From contig CAVVYZ010000022.1 of assembly GCA_963752595.1 (NCBI GenBank), positions 1-64,000 of the forward strand: 64,000 nt of DNA, written 5' to 3'. The stretch comes from an uncultured delta proteobacterium (GTDB taxonomy: Bacteria > Desulfobacterota > Desulfomonilia > UBA1062). Below are positions 1 to 10,158 of this stretch, in pieces. The translations under genes and the position numbers were made by a program. Positions within the stretch are counted from its first letter, which is position 1; every line of letters starts with the position of its first letter. The notes under the pieces are model-generated. The model was not told the DNA's origin. It saw only the letters and a list, made by a program, of their open reading frames with translations, and made no database searches.

Positions 1-48
1 CAGAATTCGTTGCATATCTGAGGAAGATGCGAAAGGATGTCGTAGAAC

Positions 49-575
49 TCACGCTGAGACAAATCGATACTTTTTCGCGGACCATACGGGCCCGGCATAT
101 TCGACCCCGATGCGCACCGTGCGGAAACCCGAGCGCCTTGTTCATTACTTCCTTCAAACCAGATACCAGTGGTCTCGTTCGCCGCTAGGCCATTCATGGC
201 GCCCGTTATGTCTAACGATTTCGTCAGACGGGCTGGCCCGGCCAATGTCTCAACGCCTCTAATCAGCACCGCAGCGGGATAGCCAATAGGACCGGTGACC
301 ACGTTGAGCATCCAATGCAGCCCGTAAATTAGATAGATGTAAAGCGTGCCAGGCGGACCGAACATTACTTCAGTGCGCTTGGTTCGGCCTTTGGATGAGT
401 GGCAAGCCAGGTCGTGCGGGCCTACATAGGCCTCGGTTTCGGTGATCTTGTGCTTAAGAAGTCTGTGGTTTCGTCGGCAGACCAAACTACAGCCTATCAG
501 CTCACGAGCCACGATTTCCGCATCGCGGTCAAAGAATTGCGGCTCCAACGCCTTCCCCTTTGGATCGACCTTCAT
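49..575 (-). CDS. mpg: DNA-3-methyladenine glycosylase (MPG/AAG family), one frameshift near 125
   Basis: My translation from ATG 575 gives MKVDPKGKALEPQFFDRDAEIVARELIG...ITETEAYVGPHDLACHSSKGRTKRTEVMFGPPGTLYIYLIYGLHWMLNVV...PAAVLIRG. The C-terminal motif RIGVEYAG..WSAKKYRF lies in a shifted frame ending at TGA 51-49. Not in the ORF track. Confidence 0.92.
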
Positions 576-622
576 GCTGAGGCGTTCCTCTATGCCAACT
601 CCTCATACGCCATACTAGAACC

Positions 623-2400
623 ATGCCTTCTCCTGACGCCTCCCACATCGCCTCCTTGCTCAAGGAGTTTGGCCTCAGGGCCATGCTTTATGGTGGCAAT
701 CCGTACCGCGCAAAAGCCTATCTGCGGGCAGCCGACAGTGTGGCGCTGCTGACCGAACCGATCGGAGAATTAATAGCGCAAAATAGGCTTCGTGAAACAC
801 CAGGCGTCGGCGAAGCCATCGCCGGGGTCATCACGACGCTCTTCCAGACGGGCTCTCATCCCTCCCTTGAAAAAATGCGGGAGGACATTCCCGACAGCGT
901 CCTCGAAATGCTGACGATCCCCGGCCTTCGCCCCGAGAAAGTACTGAAGCTCCATAAAGAGCTCGGCATCGACACGATTGACGAACTGGAGGCCGCTGCC
1001 AAGCAAGACCGGCTGAAAGGCGTAAAGGGGCTGGGCCCGGCGCTTCAGCGCAAAATTCTCGCTGGCTTGGAGGCAAGGCAAAGCTCACTGGGTGCAAGAC
1101 ACATCCATCGCGCGGCCGATCTTCTATCGGCAGCCAAGGCAAATTTGGAAAATTCAAACTTAGGGTTGAAGGATCTCAGGGTCGCAGGCGACCTTCGTCG
1201 AGGATCCGAACTCGTCACCGACTTGGCGCTCGTTGCCGAGAAGAAGGTTCCGGAGACCTCGCAGCTCAAGTTCGGCGAACTGACCGTGCATATGGCCGAC
1301 CAAGATCGACTTGGAGCGGCGTTACTATTCGCCACTGGCTCGGAGAGCCATCTCGACCAATTGCAAACTGTTGCAAAGAAAAAAGGATGAGCCTCGATGC
1401 CAACGGGTTGCGCCGAAACGGCAAAGTCATTGCTGCTCGCACGGAGCAGGAAATCTATGGCGCGCTAGGACTAGAGTTCATTGAGCCCGAACTTCGCGAA
1501 GGTCGAGGTGAAATCGCTCTCGCCCAAAAAAGGCGCCTCCCGCAACTTGTCACAAACGACGACATTCGCGGCATCTTACACGCGCATACCAACGCCTCGG
1601 ATGGAGTAAATACCCTGAAGCAGATGGCAGAGGCCACCCGCAAACGCGGTTTTTCCTATTTCGGTGTCGCAGACCACTCGAAGTCCGCTCACTACGCCGG
1701 CGGACTGAACGTCGAGCAAATTTCGGCCCAACATGATGTTGTCGACGAACTCAACGCTCGGTATGACGATGGTTTTCGCATCTTTAAGGGGATTGAATCC
1801 GACATCCTGGCAGATGGGTCCCTCGACTACCCGGACAAGATCCTCAGCCGTTTCGATTTTATTGTGGCTAGCGTGCACGGCCAGTTTCGCAAGGATCGCG
1901 CATCACAAACCGAGCGGATCTTGAGGGCGGTGGCAAATCCGTACACCACAATCCTCGGCCATATGACAGGGCGCCAGGTGTTACGGAGGCCGGGCTATGA
2001 TGTGGACGTTGAACGAATCCTAGTGGCCTGTGCCGAACATGGCGTAGCCGTAGAAATCAATGCCAACCCTTGGCGATTGGATTTGGATTGGAGGTGGCAC
2101 CAAAAGGCGATCGACCTCGGATGCTGGTTCAGCATCAATCCCGATGCCCATTCCACGGCGGAAATCGATCTTACCAAGTGGGGCGTCGCCATGGCGCGGA
2201 AAGGCGGGGTATCCCCAGACCGTGTGCTGAACGCGCTCAACCTGACAGCCTTTCATGCTCACCTTGAGGCCCGCAAAGCTCGATCTCATACTAACAAGCG
2301 CTTAAGAGCGCGGGCTCCCTTTTCGGCGAAGAGTGGGACCAACCCCAAAAAACGAAGGCTGCTCGAAACCAGACACCGATCTCCCTCCATAGGAAGATGA
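623..2400 (+). CDS. polX: DNA polymerase X / PHP 3'-5' exonuclease fusion, split by a frameshift at an A-run near 1380
   Basis: N-terminal 8-kDa/HhH motifs (NPYRAKAY, TPGVGEAI, IPGLRPEK, VKGLGP) and ATGS; thumb EFIEPELRE; PHP motifs LHAHTNASDG, DHS, GIESDI, GHMTGR, NPDAH. ORFs 623-1390 and 1387-2400 join across gcaaagaaaaaaggatga. Confidence 0.92.
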
Positions 2401-3583
2401 CCGCCGAAACTCTTCCTCAATCAGGGCGTCGAAGTTGGGGTCTTGAGCGCAGCGCTCCAACTGCCGGGCTTGTTGATCAAGCCGTTGCAACGCACTTACC
2501 TCTTCCGCCCGTCCCAGTCGCGCTTTCTGAACCGCCGACTTAAGCACTTGGATCGTTTGGTCATAGACGCGCAGCGGTACCGGAAACGGGTGGCGATCCT
2601 TGCCCCCATGGGCAAATGAAAAACGCGCCGGATCAGAAAAGCGGCATGGCGCTCCGTGCACCACTTCAGCCACCATGGCTAAGGCGCGCACCGTACGCGC
2701 TCCGACCCCCCGCACTAAAAGGAGTTCTGTGAAGTCTGTGGGAGCGCAAGTTGCTGCAGCAGCTAAATTGCCCCGTAGTCGTCGCATCACCAAGTCACTC
2801 GCGCGTACATCATCATGTTCCGGCATCATGAGGTGGGGCAACAGCGGCTGTGCTGAAGCCGGTTTCGTTTCTCCTCGGTCCGTCAAAGCAGAAAGTTCTT
2901 TCGTAATGCCGTCCGGCCCGAGGTCCGACAACAGATCAAGCTGAGCAGAACGAGACGCCGCTGCGCGGCGATTGGTCAGATTGATTATCTCTCCCTGACC
3001 CAGCCCTTCGATCGCGCAGTGCGGTTCATCAACGAAATCCTTCAGTCCTTCCGAGAGCCAATGATAGCGGCGGGCTTGCCGGCTCTCACCATTCATCCCT
3101 TGCTGCACGACTGCCCATTTCCCGTCGTCGGTCACAATGAAACCGTGCAGGTAAAGGTCGAATCCGTCCTGCACTGCGGCACTGTCCACTTTGGCAACCA
3201 GTCGGCTGGTCCTGGCCAGGTCGGCCCCGTCGATCCGACGCGCTCGCCGATCGCGAGCAACTCCTGAGGAGTCTGGCGGGAGTGTTTCCCACGTCCGCCG
3301 CAAACGTGAATGCCGAGCTCATGCTCAATGGGAGCTAATCCCCGCTTCAGCGCACCAATCACGCTCGTGGTTATTCCCGAGAATGCCAATCCATGCCCAT
3401 AACGGCGCCAAAAGATTGAAACCAAAATGGGTGAGCAAGCCTGCGCAGAACCTCGTCGCGACCATAATGATGAATGATGGCCTCGGTGATCACTGCACCA
3501 AGACGTGACATTCGAGCGGCAAGCCAGCTTGGTACGTGGCCACCGTGGAGCGGGAGATCAGCGCTTCCGGTGCGACGAGGCAT
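2302..3583 (-). CDS. DUF763 domain-containing protein, two frameshifts (near 3375 and 3235)
   Basis: Three consecutive frames give ADLPLHGGHVPSWL...FWFQSFGAVMGMDWHS / SGITTSVIGALK...GGRGKHSRQTP / AKVDSAAVQDGFDLYLH...VVQQGMN..ARRYHW...GVGARTVRAL...FSFAHGGKDRHPFPV, which I recognise as the DUF763 signature. Confidence 0.88.
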
Positions 3584-4090
3584 TATCGTTCCTTCGACTC
3601 ACGTAAGCTTCTGAACGTGATGGAATAGCGCAGCTTGTCAACGGGTGGGATGCTGTGTTGCCAGTCTTCCCGCGCGGCACCACGAAGGAGATATGCCGAG
3701 CGGGGTGCAAGCTCTAATGACGCGCGCTTCCAGCGCTCTCCCTCCTTACGCCTCAAGCGAAACACGCAAGGGGCCAGCAGCGATATTCCTATTACTTCAT
3801 CAAACTCGGGACGGTCTTTGTGCCAGCCGATCGCTGCGCCGGGCGAATACTCTGTTATGAGCGCGTGCTGGAGTCGCTCCATCCGAAGGCCGGCAAACTT
3901 GGCCACCGTTTCGCGCAGGCCCAAGAGAAACGTGGGGATCTCCTCGGCGTCTTGAAGTTCTCGCATATTGAAGTCGTAGCGCCAGCCGAACGAGACCGTA
4001 CGTCTCCTTCCCAAGAAGCCTCTAAATTCGAACTCCTTGAAGGGAAGATGCGCAAATTCATCGACGAGGGCCTGCTCCTGATCAACAGAT
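3583..4090 (-). CDS. AlkB-family 2OG-Fe(II) dioxygenase, 5' truncated
   Basis: HxD (GWHKD), distal His (WQHSIPP) and RxSITFR motifs. The frame extends upstream (SVDQEQALVDEFAHLPFKEFEFRGFLGRRRT) but no plausible native start was found before the junction. Confidence 0.88.
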
Positions 4091-4096
4091 AAGACC

Positions 4097-4624
4097 CACC
4101 TCTATCCCTCGGGGATTGCCACCCGACATACCTTCAAGTCCGGTACCGAGGTCAGGTTCCGTGCAATCAAGCCTTCGGACGAAGAAGAGATGCGCCACCT
4201 CTTCTACCGGTTCTCGGACAAGACGGTGTATTACCGGTATTTCAGCCCCATAAAGGTCATGCCCCATGCCAAGATGCAGCAGTATGTGAATGTCGATTAC
4301 AACACGGCTCTCTCCATCGTCGGGCTCGTGGGACCGCCCGAGCAGGAGCACATCATTGCCGAAGCCAGGTTCGTCAAGGACAAGAAAAGGCCTTACGGGG
4401 ACGTTGCGTTCGTGGTGGAGGAAAAATACCAGGGCTTAGGGATTGCGACCTACCTCTACGAGATGCTCATCCGCCTTGCAAAGGAACGCGGTCTCCACGG
4501 ATTCGTAGCCGATGTGCTCGCATCGAACAAGTCCATGATGAAGGTTTTCGAAAAGGGGAAATACCCGGTCAAGGCAACCCTTTCCCAGGGGGCATACGAG
4601 CTCACGATCAGCTTCGAGGATTAA
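4097..4624 (+). CDS. GNAT acetyltransferase domain, C-terminal fragment (probably of an acyl-CoA hydrolase/synthetase-GNAT fusion)
   Basis: The frame is open upstream of ATG 4190 (HLYPSGIATRHTFKSGTEVRFRAIKPSDEEEM). Acetyl-CoA motif YQGLGIA and N..M..VFEK.G are present. Confidence 0.82.
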   Translation, partial: HLYPSGIATRHTFKSGTEVRFRAIKPSDEEEMRHLFYRFSDKTVYYRYFSPIKVMPHAKMQQYVNVDYNTALSIVGLVGPPEQEHIIAEARFVKDKKRPYGDVAFVVEEKYQGLGIATYLYEMLIRLAKERGLHGFVADVLASNKSMMKVFEKGKYPVKATLSQGAYELTISFED

Positions 4625-4634
4625 TACTCCGTCC

Positions 4635-6497
4635 CTAATCGCTGCCGACCTGGGCAAGCCTCTCTTCGAACACGGCATTATGCTTGTCGAAGGCATGGGT
4701 CAGCTCTTCGAGCTCCTTGAACAGGGCCTCGATTTCCTCTTCGCAGGTATGGATCTCCATGGAAATGGCGGTTATCCGCTTGCCGTCCTTTGCATGAGCC
4801 GCCTCCTGCATGGCGATATTGAGCTCCTTGATCCTCTTTTCCCGGGTGTCGATTCCGTGCTCTGCCTTTTCAATGCCGCGCTCCAGGGGGCCGAGGATCT
4901 TCGAGCGCTTGGTGATGATCTCTGCGCGCCTTTTGCGCAGCTCTTTCTTGTCGAGCTTGTCGCTGCCTTCCTTCTCGGTTTTGCCTTTCCTGGCGGAAGA
5001 CAGGGTTTCTTCTTCGTCCCCCCATCCCCCCTTGTCGAGGAACCTCTGGTAGCCGCCCTCAAAGACCTCGATGGAATCGTGGAAGAAGATAATGAGCCTT
5101 TCTGCTAGTGCATGGAGGAACATCTCGTTGTGGGTCACCATGACCACGGCGCCGTCGAAGTTGTCGATGGCTGCGAGCAGAGCATCGCTCGATTCCATGT
5201 CGAGGTGGTTCGTGGGCTCGTCGAGCAGGAGCAGGTTCACCGGGGTCACCAGGAGCTTGCCCAGCATCACCCTGCTTTTCTCCCCGCCGGAGAGGACCTC
5301 GATCTTTTTCAGGGCATTGTCGCCCTCGAACATCATAGCGCCGCAGATGTCCCGTGCCTTCTGGCGGTCGACATCGCCGGCGGCATACATGATCTCCTCT
5401 TCCACGCTCCTCGAATCAACGAGGGTTGAGACATTGGTCTGATCGAAGGTGCCCCTGATAGCCTTGGGATTCAGGGTGAGCTCGCCGTGAAGGGGCTTGA
5501 GCCCGCCGGAGAGGAGCTTTAAGAGCGTGGTCTTTCCTTTGCCGTTGGGGCCGATGATGCATACCTTCTCCCCGGGCCTCAGGGTAATGGTAAAGTCCTT
5601 GATGAGATCGAGCTCGGGATTGTACGAGAAAGTCAGATCGGTCGCCTGGAGTACGTACTTGCCCACAAAGGGTGCGTACTTGAAGGAAAAATCGAGGTCT
5701 TTGATCTTTACCAGCTTATCCTTTTTCTCCATCTTCTCCAGCGTTTTGACCCTCGACTGGACCATGCCCACAAGCCTGGCCTTTGCTCTGAACTGGGTGA
5801 TGAAGTGCTCGACCTCTTTCCTGCGGCGTTCGTCGTTCTGGCGGGTCTTCTCGTAGATTTCTTCTTCCTGGGCGACCTGGGTATAGTATTTGCCGGTGTC
5901 ACCCTCGATCTTCTTGATCTTTTTGCGATGGATGCCCATGGTGTGCGTCACGATCCTGTCCATGAACGTCCTGTCATGGGTGATGATGATGAGCTCGCTG
6001 GGCCATGCGATAAGGAACTTCTCGATCCAGCGGATCGAGGTGATGTCCAGGTAGTTGGTCGGCTCGTCGAGGAGAAGGATGTCGGGCTCCGATACGAGGA
6101 CCTTGGCAAGGTTCAGCCTCACCTGGTAGCCGCCCGAGAACTCATACGGGCTGCGCTCCATGTCCGACTGGGAGAACCCGAGACCGGCGAGCACCTTTTC
6201 AACCTTCCAGTGCTGCTCCTTCTGGTTTGCAGGCAGGCCTTTCATTCCCTCCGCGAGCACGGTGTCCTCGGTGAAGTCGAGATGCTGCCTCACGTAGCCG
6301 ATGCGGTAGTTCCTGGGTACGACTATCTGGCCGTCATCCGGGCTCTCTTCGCCCACGATCATCCTCAAGAGCGTTGTCTTGCCGTGGCCGTTCCTCCCCA
6401 CAAGGCCCACGCGCTCTTTGGGGTTGATCTTGAAGCTGCCGCCTTCGATAAGGGTCTGCCGGGCATAGCTCTTGGTGAGATTTTCTGCGCTGATCAT
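4635..6497 (-). CDS. ABC-F family ribosome-associated ATPase
   Basis: Two ABC domains (GRNGHGKT/FSGG/LLLDEPTN and GPNGKGKT/LSGGE/LLLDEPTNHLD), no transmembrane segments, C-terminal coiled coil. Confidence 0.95.
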   Translation of the reverse strand: MISAENLTKSYARQTLIEGGSFKINPKERVGLVGRNGHGKTTLLRMIVGEESPDDGQIVVPRNYRIGYVRQHLDFTEDTVLAEGMKGLPANQKEQHWKVEKVLAGLGFSQSDMERSPYEFSGGYQVRLNLAKVLVSEPDILLLDEPTNYLDITSIRWIEKFLIAWPSELIIITHDRTFMDRIVTHTMGIHRKKIKKIEGDTGKYYTQVAQEEEIYEKTRQNDERRRKEVEHFITQFRAKARLVGMVQSRVKTLEKMEKKDKLVKIKDLDFSFKYAPFVGKYVLQATDLTFSYNPELDLIKDFTITLRPGEKVCIIGPNGKGKTTLLKLLSGGLKPLHGELTLNPKAIRGTFDQTNVSTLVDSRSVEEEIMYAAGDVDRQKARDICGAMMFEGDNALKKIEVLSGGEKSRVMLGKLLVTPVNLLLLDEPTNHLDMESSDALLAAIDNFDGAVVMVTHNEMFLHALAERLIIFFHDSIEVFEGGYQRFLDKGGWGDEEETLSSARKGKTEKEGSDKLDKKELRKRRAEIITKRSKILGPLERGIEKAEHGIDTREKRIKELNIAMQEAAHAKDGKRITAISMEIHTCEEEIEALFKELEELTHAFDKHNAVFEERLAQVGSD

Positions 6498-6560
6498 GGT
6501 GAATAACTTATAACATTGGAGATTTCCGTCAAGGAGGAATTGCGAAAAGCGGGATTCATC

Positions 6561-7691
6561 TCATCGTAATGCGTGTTTGAGAAAACGCCACTGCCTGTCC
6601 ATGTCTTCGGGGCCCTGCAAACGGCTGAAGATCATGGAGCGGAGCTCTGAAAATACCAAATTGTGAAGCTTCAGAGAGCGCACGTGGTGAGATTTTGCCA
6701 TGTTCTTCTCGAAAAGCTCGGAAGTCTCTCTCGACCACAGGCCTGATCTGATTGCCTGGGCACCGAGCCTTCCTGCCGTATAACCGATCAGGAACGACGA
6801 CCTGATGCCGCTGCCTCCCCTTGCCTGGACATGGCCCAGGGCGTCTCCCGCCATGACAAGGCCGGGCCGCTGACAGAAAGGGAATATCATGCCGCCCATG
6901 GGCACCATGGAATTGAGGGTATAGAAACTGCCCGTGCCTTCGAGCCGTTCTTTGAACAGGGGGTGATTGCCGCAGAATTCATCAAATGAAAGCCGTACGG
7001 TCTTGCCCCCCTTTGGAAGGCTCATGAGGATAATTTCAGCCTCTGTCCCGCCGCGGGGGAATATCGTGCCTACTGCCAGCGAATCCTCGCTGATATGGAA
7101 ATGATATTCGAGCCTGTCCCGCGGGCCTGTATATCCTCTGACAAGTTTTTTGGACACGGGCAGGTCGATCTTGGAACGGTCATGAAGGAGCTGGCGTGAG
7201 GCAGGATCATCCCACCCGCCGCACGAGAATACCGCATGTGCCTTGAGATCTTCCTCCACGAAGCCGTTAACCATGGCCCTGACGCCCTGGACACGGCCGT
7301 CCTCCTTGATGAAGTCGAGGACACATGATGACGGCCAGATCCTTGCCCCGGATGCGGTAACCACTCCGGCCATGGCCTGGATAAAGTCCGGCCAGCTGAT
7401 GATGAGGTTCGGGTTGCTGATGGTGCGGTCTACAGACTGTTTTCCCGTGTGGGAGAAATATGTCCTCCTGCTGATCTTCCTGATCGCCTGTTTTTCAAGG
7501 AATCCATGTCCCAGGAGGTCATCCATCTCGGCGTGGAAGCGGATCGTCTCGCCTCTTCTCTCCGAGCCGAGCCTGCTCTGCTTCTCCAGGACAACAACGT
7601 CGATCCCCTCCCGTGCAAGGCCCAGTGCCGTGCCAAGGCCTGCCGGGCCTGCGCCGATGACTATGGCTTCCGAGACAAATTTCTCTCCCAT
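6561..7691 (-). CDS. FAD-dependent oxidoreductase (geranylgeranyl reductase/FixC-like)
   Basis: GAGPAG Rossmann motif, VVVLEK, and AGDA..H....GGSGI. Confidence 0.82.
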   Translation of the reverse strand: MGEKFVSEAIVIGAGPAGLGTALGLAREGIDVVVLEKQSRLGSERRGETIRFHAEMDDLLGHGFLEKQAIRKISRRTYFSHTGKQSVDRTISNPNLIISWPDFIQAMAGVVTASGARIWPSSCVLDFIKEDGRVQGVRAMVNGFVEEDLKAHAVFSCGGWDDPASRQLLHDRSKIDLPVSKKLVRGYTGPRDRLEYHFHISEDSLAVGTIFPRGGTEAEIILMSLPKGGKTVRLSFDEFCGNHPLFKERLEGTGSFYTLNSMVPMGGMIFPFCQRPGLVMAGDALGHVQARGGSGIRSSFLIGYTAGRLGAQAIRSGLWSRETSELFEKNMAKSHHVRSLKLHNLVFSELRSMIFSRLQGPEDMDRQWRFLKHALR

Positions 7692-7772
7692 GAGCTTACT
7701 CCGTTTCTCTCTATTTCATACTTGTTTGGGGATCAGTATACCAGATCCCGGCTCAAGAGAAAGTGTTAAAAA

Positions 7773-8825
7773 TCATGATCCTGAAGACCAGTCGTTAATA
7801 CTCAAGGGTTTTTTCAGGAGCTTCCTGAAATCATGAAGATCCGTGGAGCGGATGAAGCAATCAAGATCTTCATATTCATCCGGCAGCGGCAGGACGGCAA
7901 CATCTATTCCCCGTGATTCAAGGAGCCGCGCCGCTTTAAGGGTCTGCCTCTTTTTATCGTGTCTGTTTCCCAGGCAGAGCAGACAGCGCTTTATGCCGTA
8001 TGCCTGGATCGTGTCTGCCTGGCCGGCACGCAGTCCCTCCTTGCCGATGGCGACAGCCGGCTTGATGCCTATCCGGTCTACCAGGAGCGCATCAAGGAGG
8101 CCTTCGACGACGATCACCTGCTCCCGTCTCCTTGCCCGGTACATGAGAAACGGAACGTCCTTGAGCATGGAGAGGTCGGTGAGTGGCCTGTAAGCCCCCT
8201 GCCCCGTCTTCGTGATGTCCCTGCCCACCATGCCCATGAGCCTGCCGCAGGAATCGCGAAAGGGAATGGCGAGGGTACAATTATCAGCCTCCCGGTCCCA
8301 AATGGCAGGCAGCATTCCATTGAGGATATCTTCATGCACTCCCTGGCTCCGGAGGTAATCGTTCAAGTGCTCAAAGCCGGGAAAGTGACCGAACGCAGAT
8401 CCCTCGACTTCTCCCATAGCATACCCCCTCCGGTAGAGATAATGGAGTGTCTCTTCCCCGGCCGGGGCAAAGAGCCGGGTCGTGAAATAACCGGCTGCAA
8501 GCTCAAGCAGGGCCGACCTTCGCAGGCCTTCCTCCCAGTGAGCCTTGTCATATCCGGCAGGCGACATTCCTGCCTCCAGGCTTAAACGGGATAATGCCTC
8601 AGAAAATCTCAATCCTTCATGGCTCTGGAGATAGTTCATCCAGTCGCCTCTGCTGCTGCACACAAAGCAGAAATATTCCGGACGGTCTGCATATATAAGG
8701 AGTGTAGGAAGCGTATCTTCATGAAACGGGCAGCAGGCAAGAGCGCCGGGTCCTTTCTTCTCAAAGCCGTTGAGCCCTCCGAAAAGTATGTCCTGATATT
8801 TCATATCCAGCAGAATCGCATACAT
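7773..8825 (-). CDS. Orphan DnaG-like protein (CHC2 zinc finger + TOPRIM)
   Basis: CPFHED...YFCFVC zinc ribbon, YLYRRG, IPFRD..G...GR, VVEGLLD, EDLD. Start uncertain (8804, 8825 or 8894). Confidence 0.85.
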   Translation of the reverse strand: MYAILLDMKYQDILFGGLNGFEKKGPGALACCPFHEDTLPTLLIYADRPEYFCFVCSSRGDWMNYLQSHEGLRFSEALSRLSLEAGMSPAGYDKAHWEEGLRRSALLELAAGYFTTRLFAPAGEETLHYLYRRGYAMGEVEGSAFGHFPGFEHLNDYLRSQGVHEDILNGMLPAIWDREADNCTLAIPFRDSCGRLMGMVGRDITKTGQGAYRPLTDLSMLKDVPFLMYRARRREQVIVVEGLLDALLVDRIGIKPAVAIGKEGLRAGQADTIQAYGIKRCLLCLGNRHDKKRQTLKAARLLESRGIDVAVLPLPDEYEDLDCFIRSTDLHDFRKLLKKPLSINDWSSGS

Positions 8826-9025
8826 GCGTTCACTATTTCTGATCATCGTTAATAGTGCTCCTATCCCGGCCGCAGATTCACCTCTTCGAAGCACAACGGC
8901 CCGGAGGTGTGTGCCGAAGTGATATTCTTTTAAGGGGAATCGGAGAGAAATTCAACCACTCTTGTCATCCCGCGGAGCCAATGCCATGGGTTTGCACAGG
9001 CGCGGAATGCGGCTTGCGGTAAAAT

Positions 9026-9979
9026 CTATGCAGCTCTTCGTTTGTCCTGGAAAAATGCATCGATGAATCGATCTTTCTCCACCCATAAACCGTTCAGCCA
9101 TTCCTGGAAGTTGTCCCTGAACTGTGCATCGCTGTTGTAATCGCCTATGAGATCGGGGCTGATGGGGATAGCCTCTGCACGGACGACTACATCGCACTGT
9201 TTGGAGCAGAGGAAGTCCCAGAAGGTCTTCGGCCCCTGCGGATAGATGATCGTTACGTCAATGATATGACTGAGCTGATCGCCCATGGCGGAAAGGACAA
9301 AAGATATTCCTCCGGCCTTGGGGCGCAGAAGGTTGTTGAACGGGGATTGTTGCTTTTCGTGCTTTGCTTTCGTGAAACGCGTCCCCTCGACAAAGTTCAT
9401 GACCGAGATGGGCATCCTCTTGAAACGCTCGCAGGCCTTTCTCGTGATCTCCATGTCCTTGCCTTTGAGGTGCGGGTTCGTTTTGAGGAATTCTGCAGAA
9501 TACCGCTTCATGAAGGGAAACTCCAATGCCCACCATGCCATGCCCATTACCGGAACCTTGATGAGCTCCTGCTTCAGGAAGAACTTCAGGAAAGGTATCT
9601 TCCGATGGAGAACCTTCTGCAGGATAAGGATATCGACCCATGTCTGGTGATTGGAAATCACGAGATACCATCCCTTGAGTGCAACACCTTCAAGACCGCT
9701 CACGTCCCATGTGATTCTTTTCGTGATGCTGAGGTTTGCATTGTTGCAGGCTATCCAGTTCAAACCGATCTCGTTGAGAATCGCATTGATCTTATCCTGC
9801 ATATTTTTATTGCGGAAGACGAGCTTCACACCGGCCAGAGGAAACAAGAACGTGGTCCAGAAAAGTGTATTCAGGATAAGGAGGAACATAGAAACCGAGC
9901 CCAATATGGTTTTCGGCATCGTGAGGAGAACACCTCTGATGACAGCTACAGGAAACTTCAGCAATGACTGTGCATTCAT
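9026..9979 (-). CDS. 1-acylglycerol-3-phosphate acyltransferase family protein (YihG-like)
   Basis: NHQTWVD (NHx4D), FFLKQEL, FPFMKR, FVEGTRF, LRPKAGG. Confidence 0.9.
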   Translation of the reverse strand: MNAQSLLKFPVAVIRGVLLTMPKTILGSVSMFLLILNTLFWTTFLFPLAGVKLVFRNKNMQDKINAILNEIGLNWIACNNANLSITKRITWDVSGLEGVALKGWYLVISNHQTWVDILILQKVLHRKIPFLKFFLKQELIKVPVMGMAWWALEFPFMKRYSAEFLKTNPHLKGKDMEITRKACERFKRMPISVMNFVEGTRFTKAKHEKQQSPFNNLLRPKAGGISFVLSAMGDQLSHIIDVTIIYPQGPKTFWDFLCSKQCDVVVRAEAIPISPDLIGDYNSDAQFRDNFQEWLNGLWVEKDRFIDAFFQDKRRAA

Positions 9980-10103
9980 ACCTCCCCCTTATAATTCATA
10001 GAATATAACATAAATATCAGGCAAGTTAATGTAAAATTATGTTAAAATAAGAAAAAAGGGTTCCCTCCCCTTTCCCCCGGCGAGGGAAGGCATCGAAACT
10101 GGC

Positions 10104-10135
10104 AAAAAAAGGCTGCCGTGTCCGGCAGCCTTTTT
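10104..10135 (-). terminator. Rho-independent terminator after the thiolase (potentially bidirectional)
   Basis: A7-GGCTGCCG-tgtc-CGGCAGCC-T5, about 25 bp downstream of the thiolase stop. Confidence 0.85.
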
Positions 10136-10158
10136 CATTGTTAAGAACAAAGCTTGGC

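Noticed and set aside
1375-1390. Programmed ribosomal frameshift in polX
   Set aside because: The neighbouring mpg and DUF763 genes also have indels; a homopolymer sequencing error is simpler.
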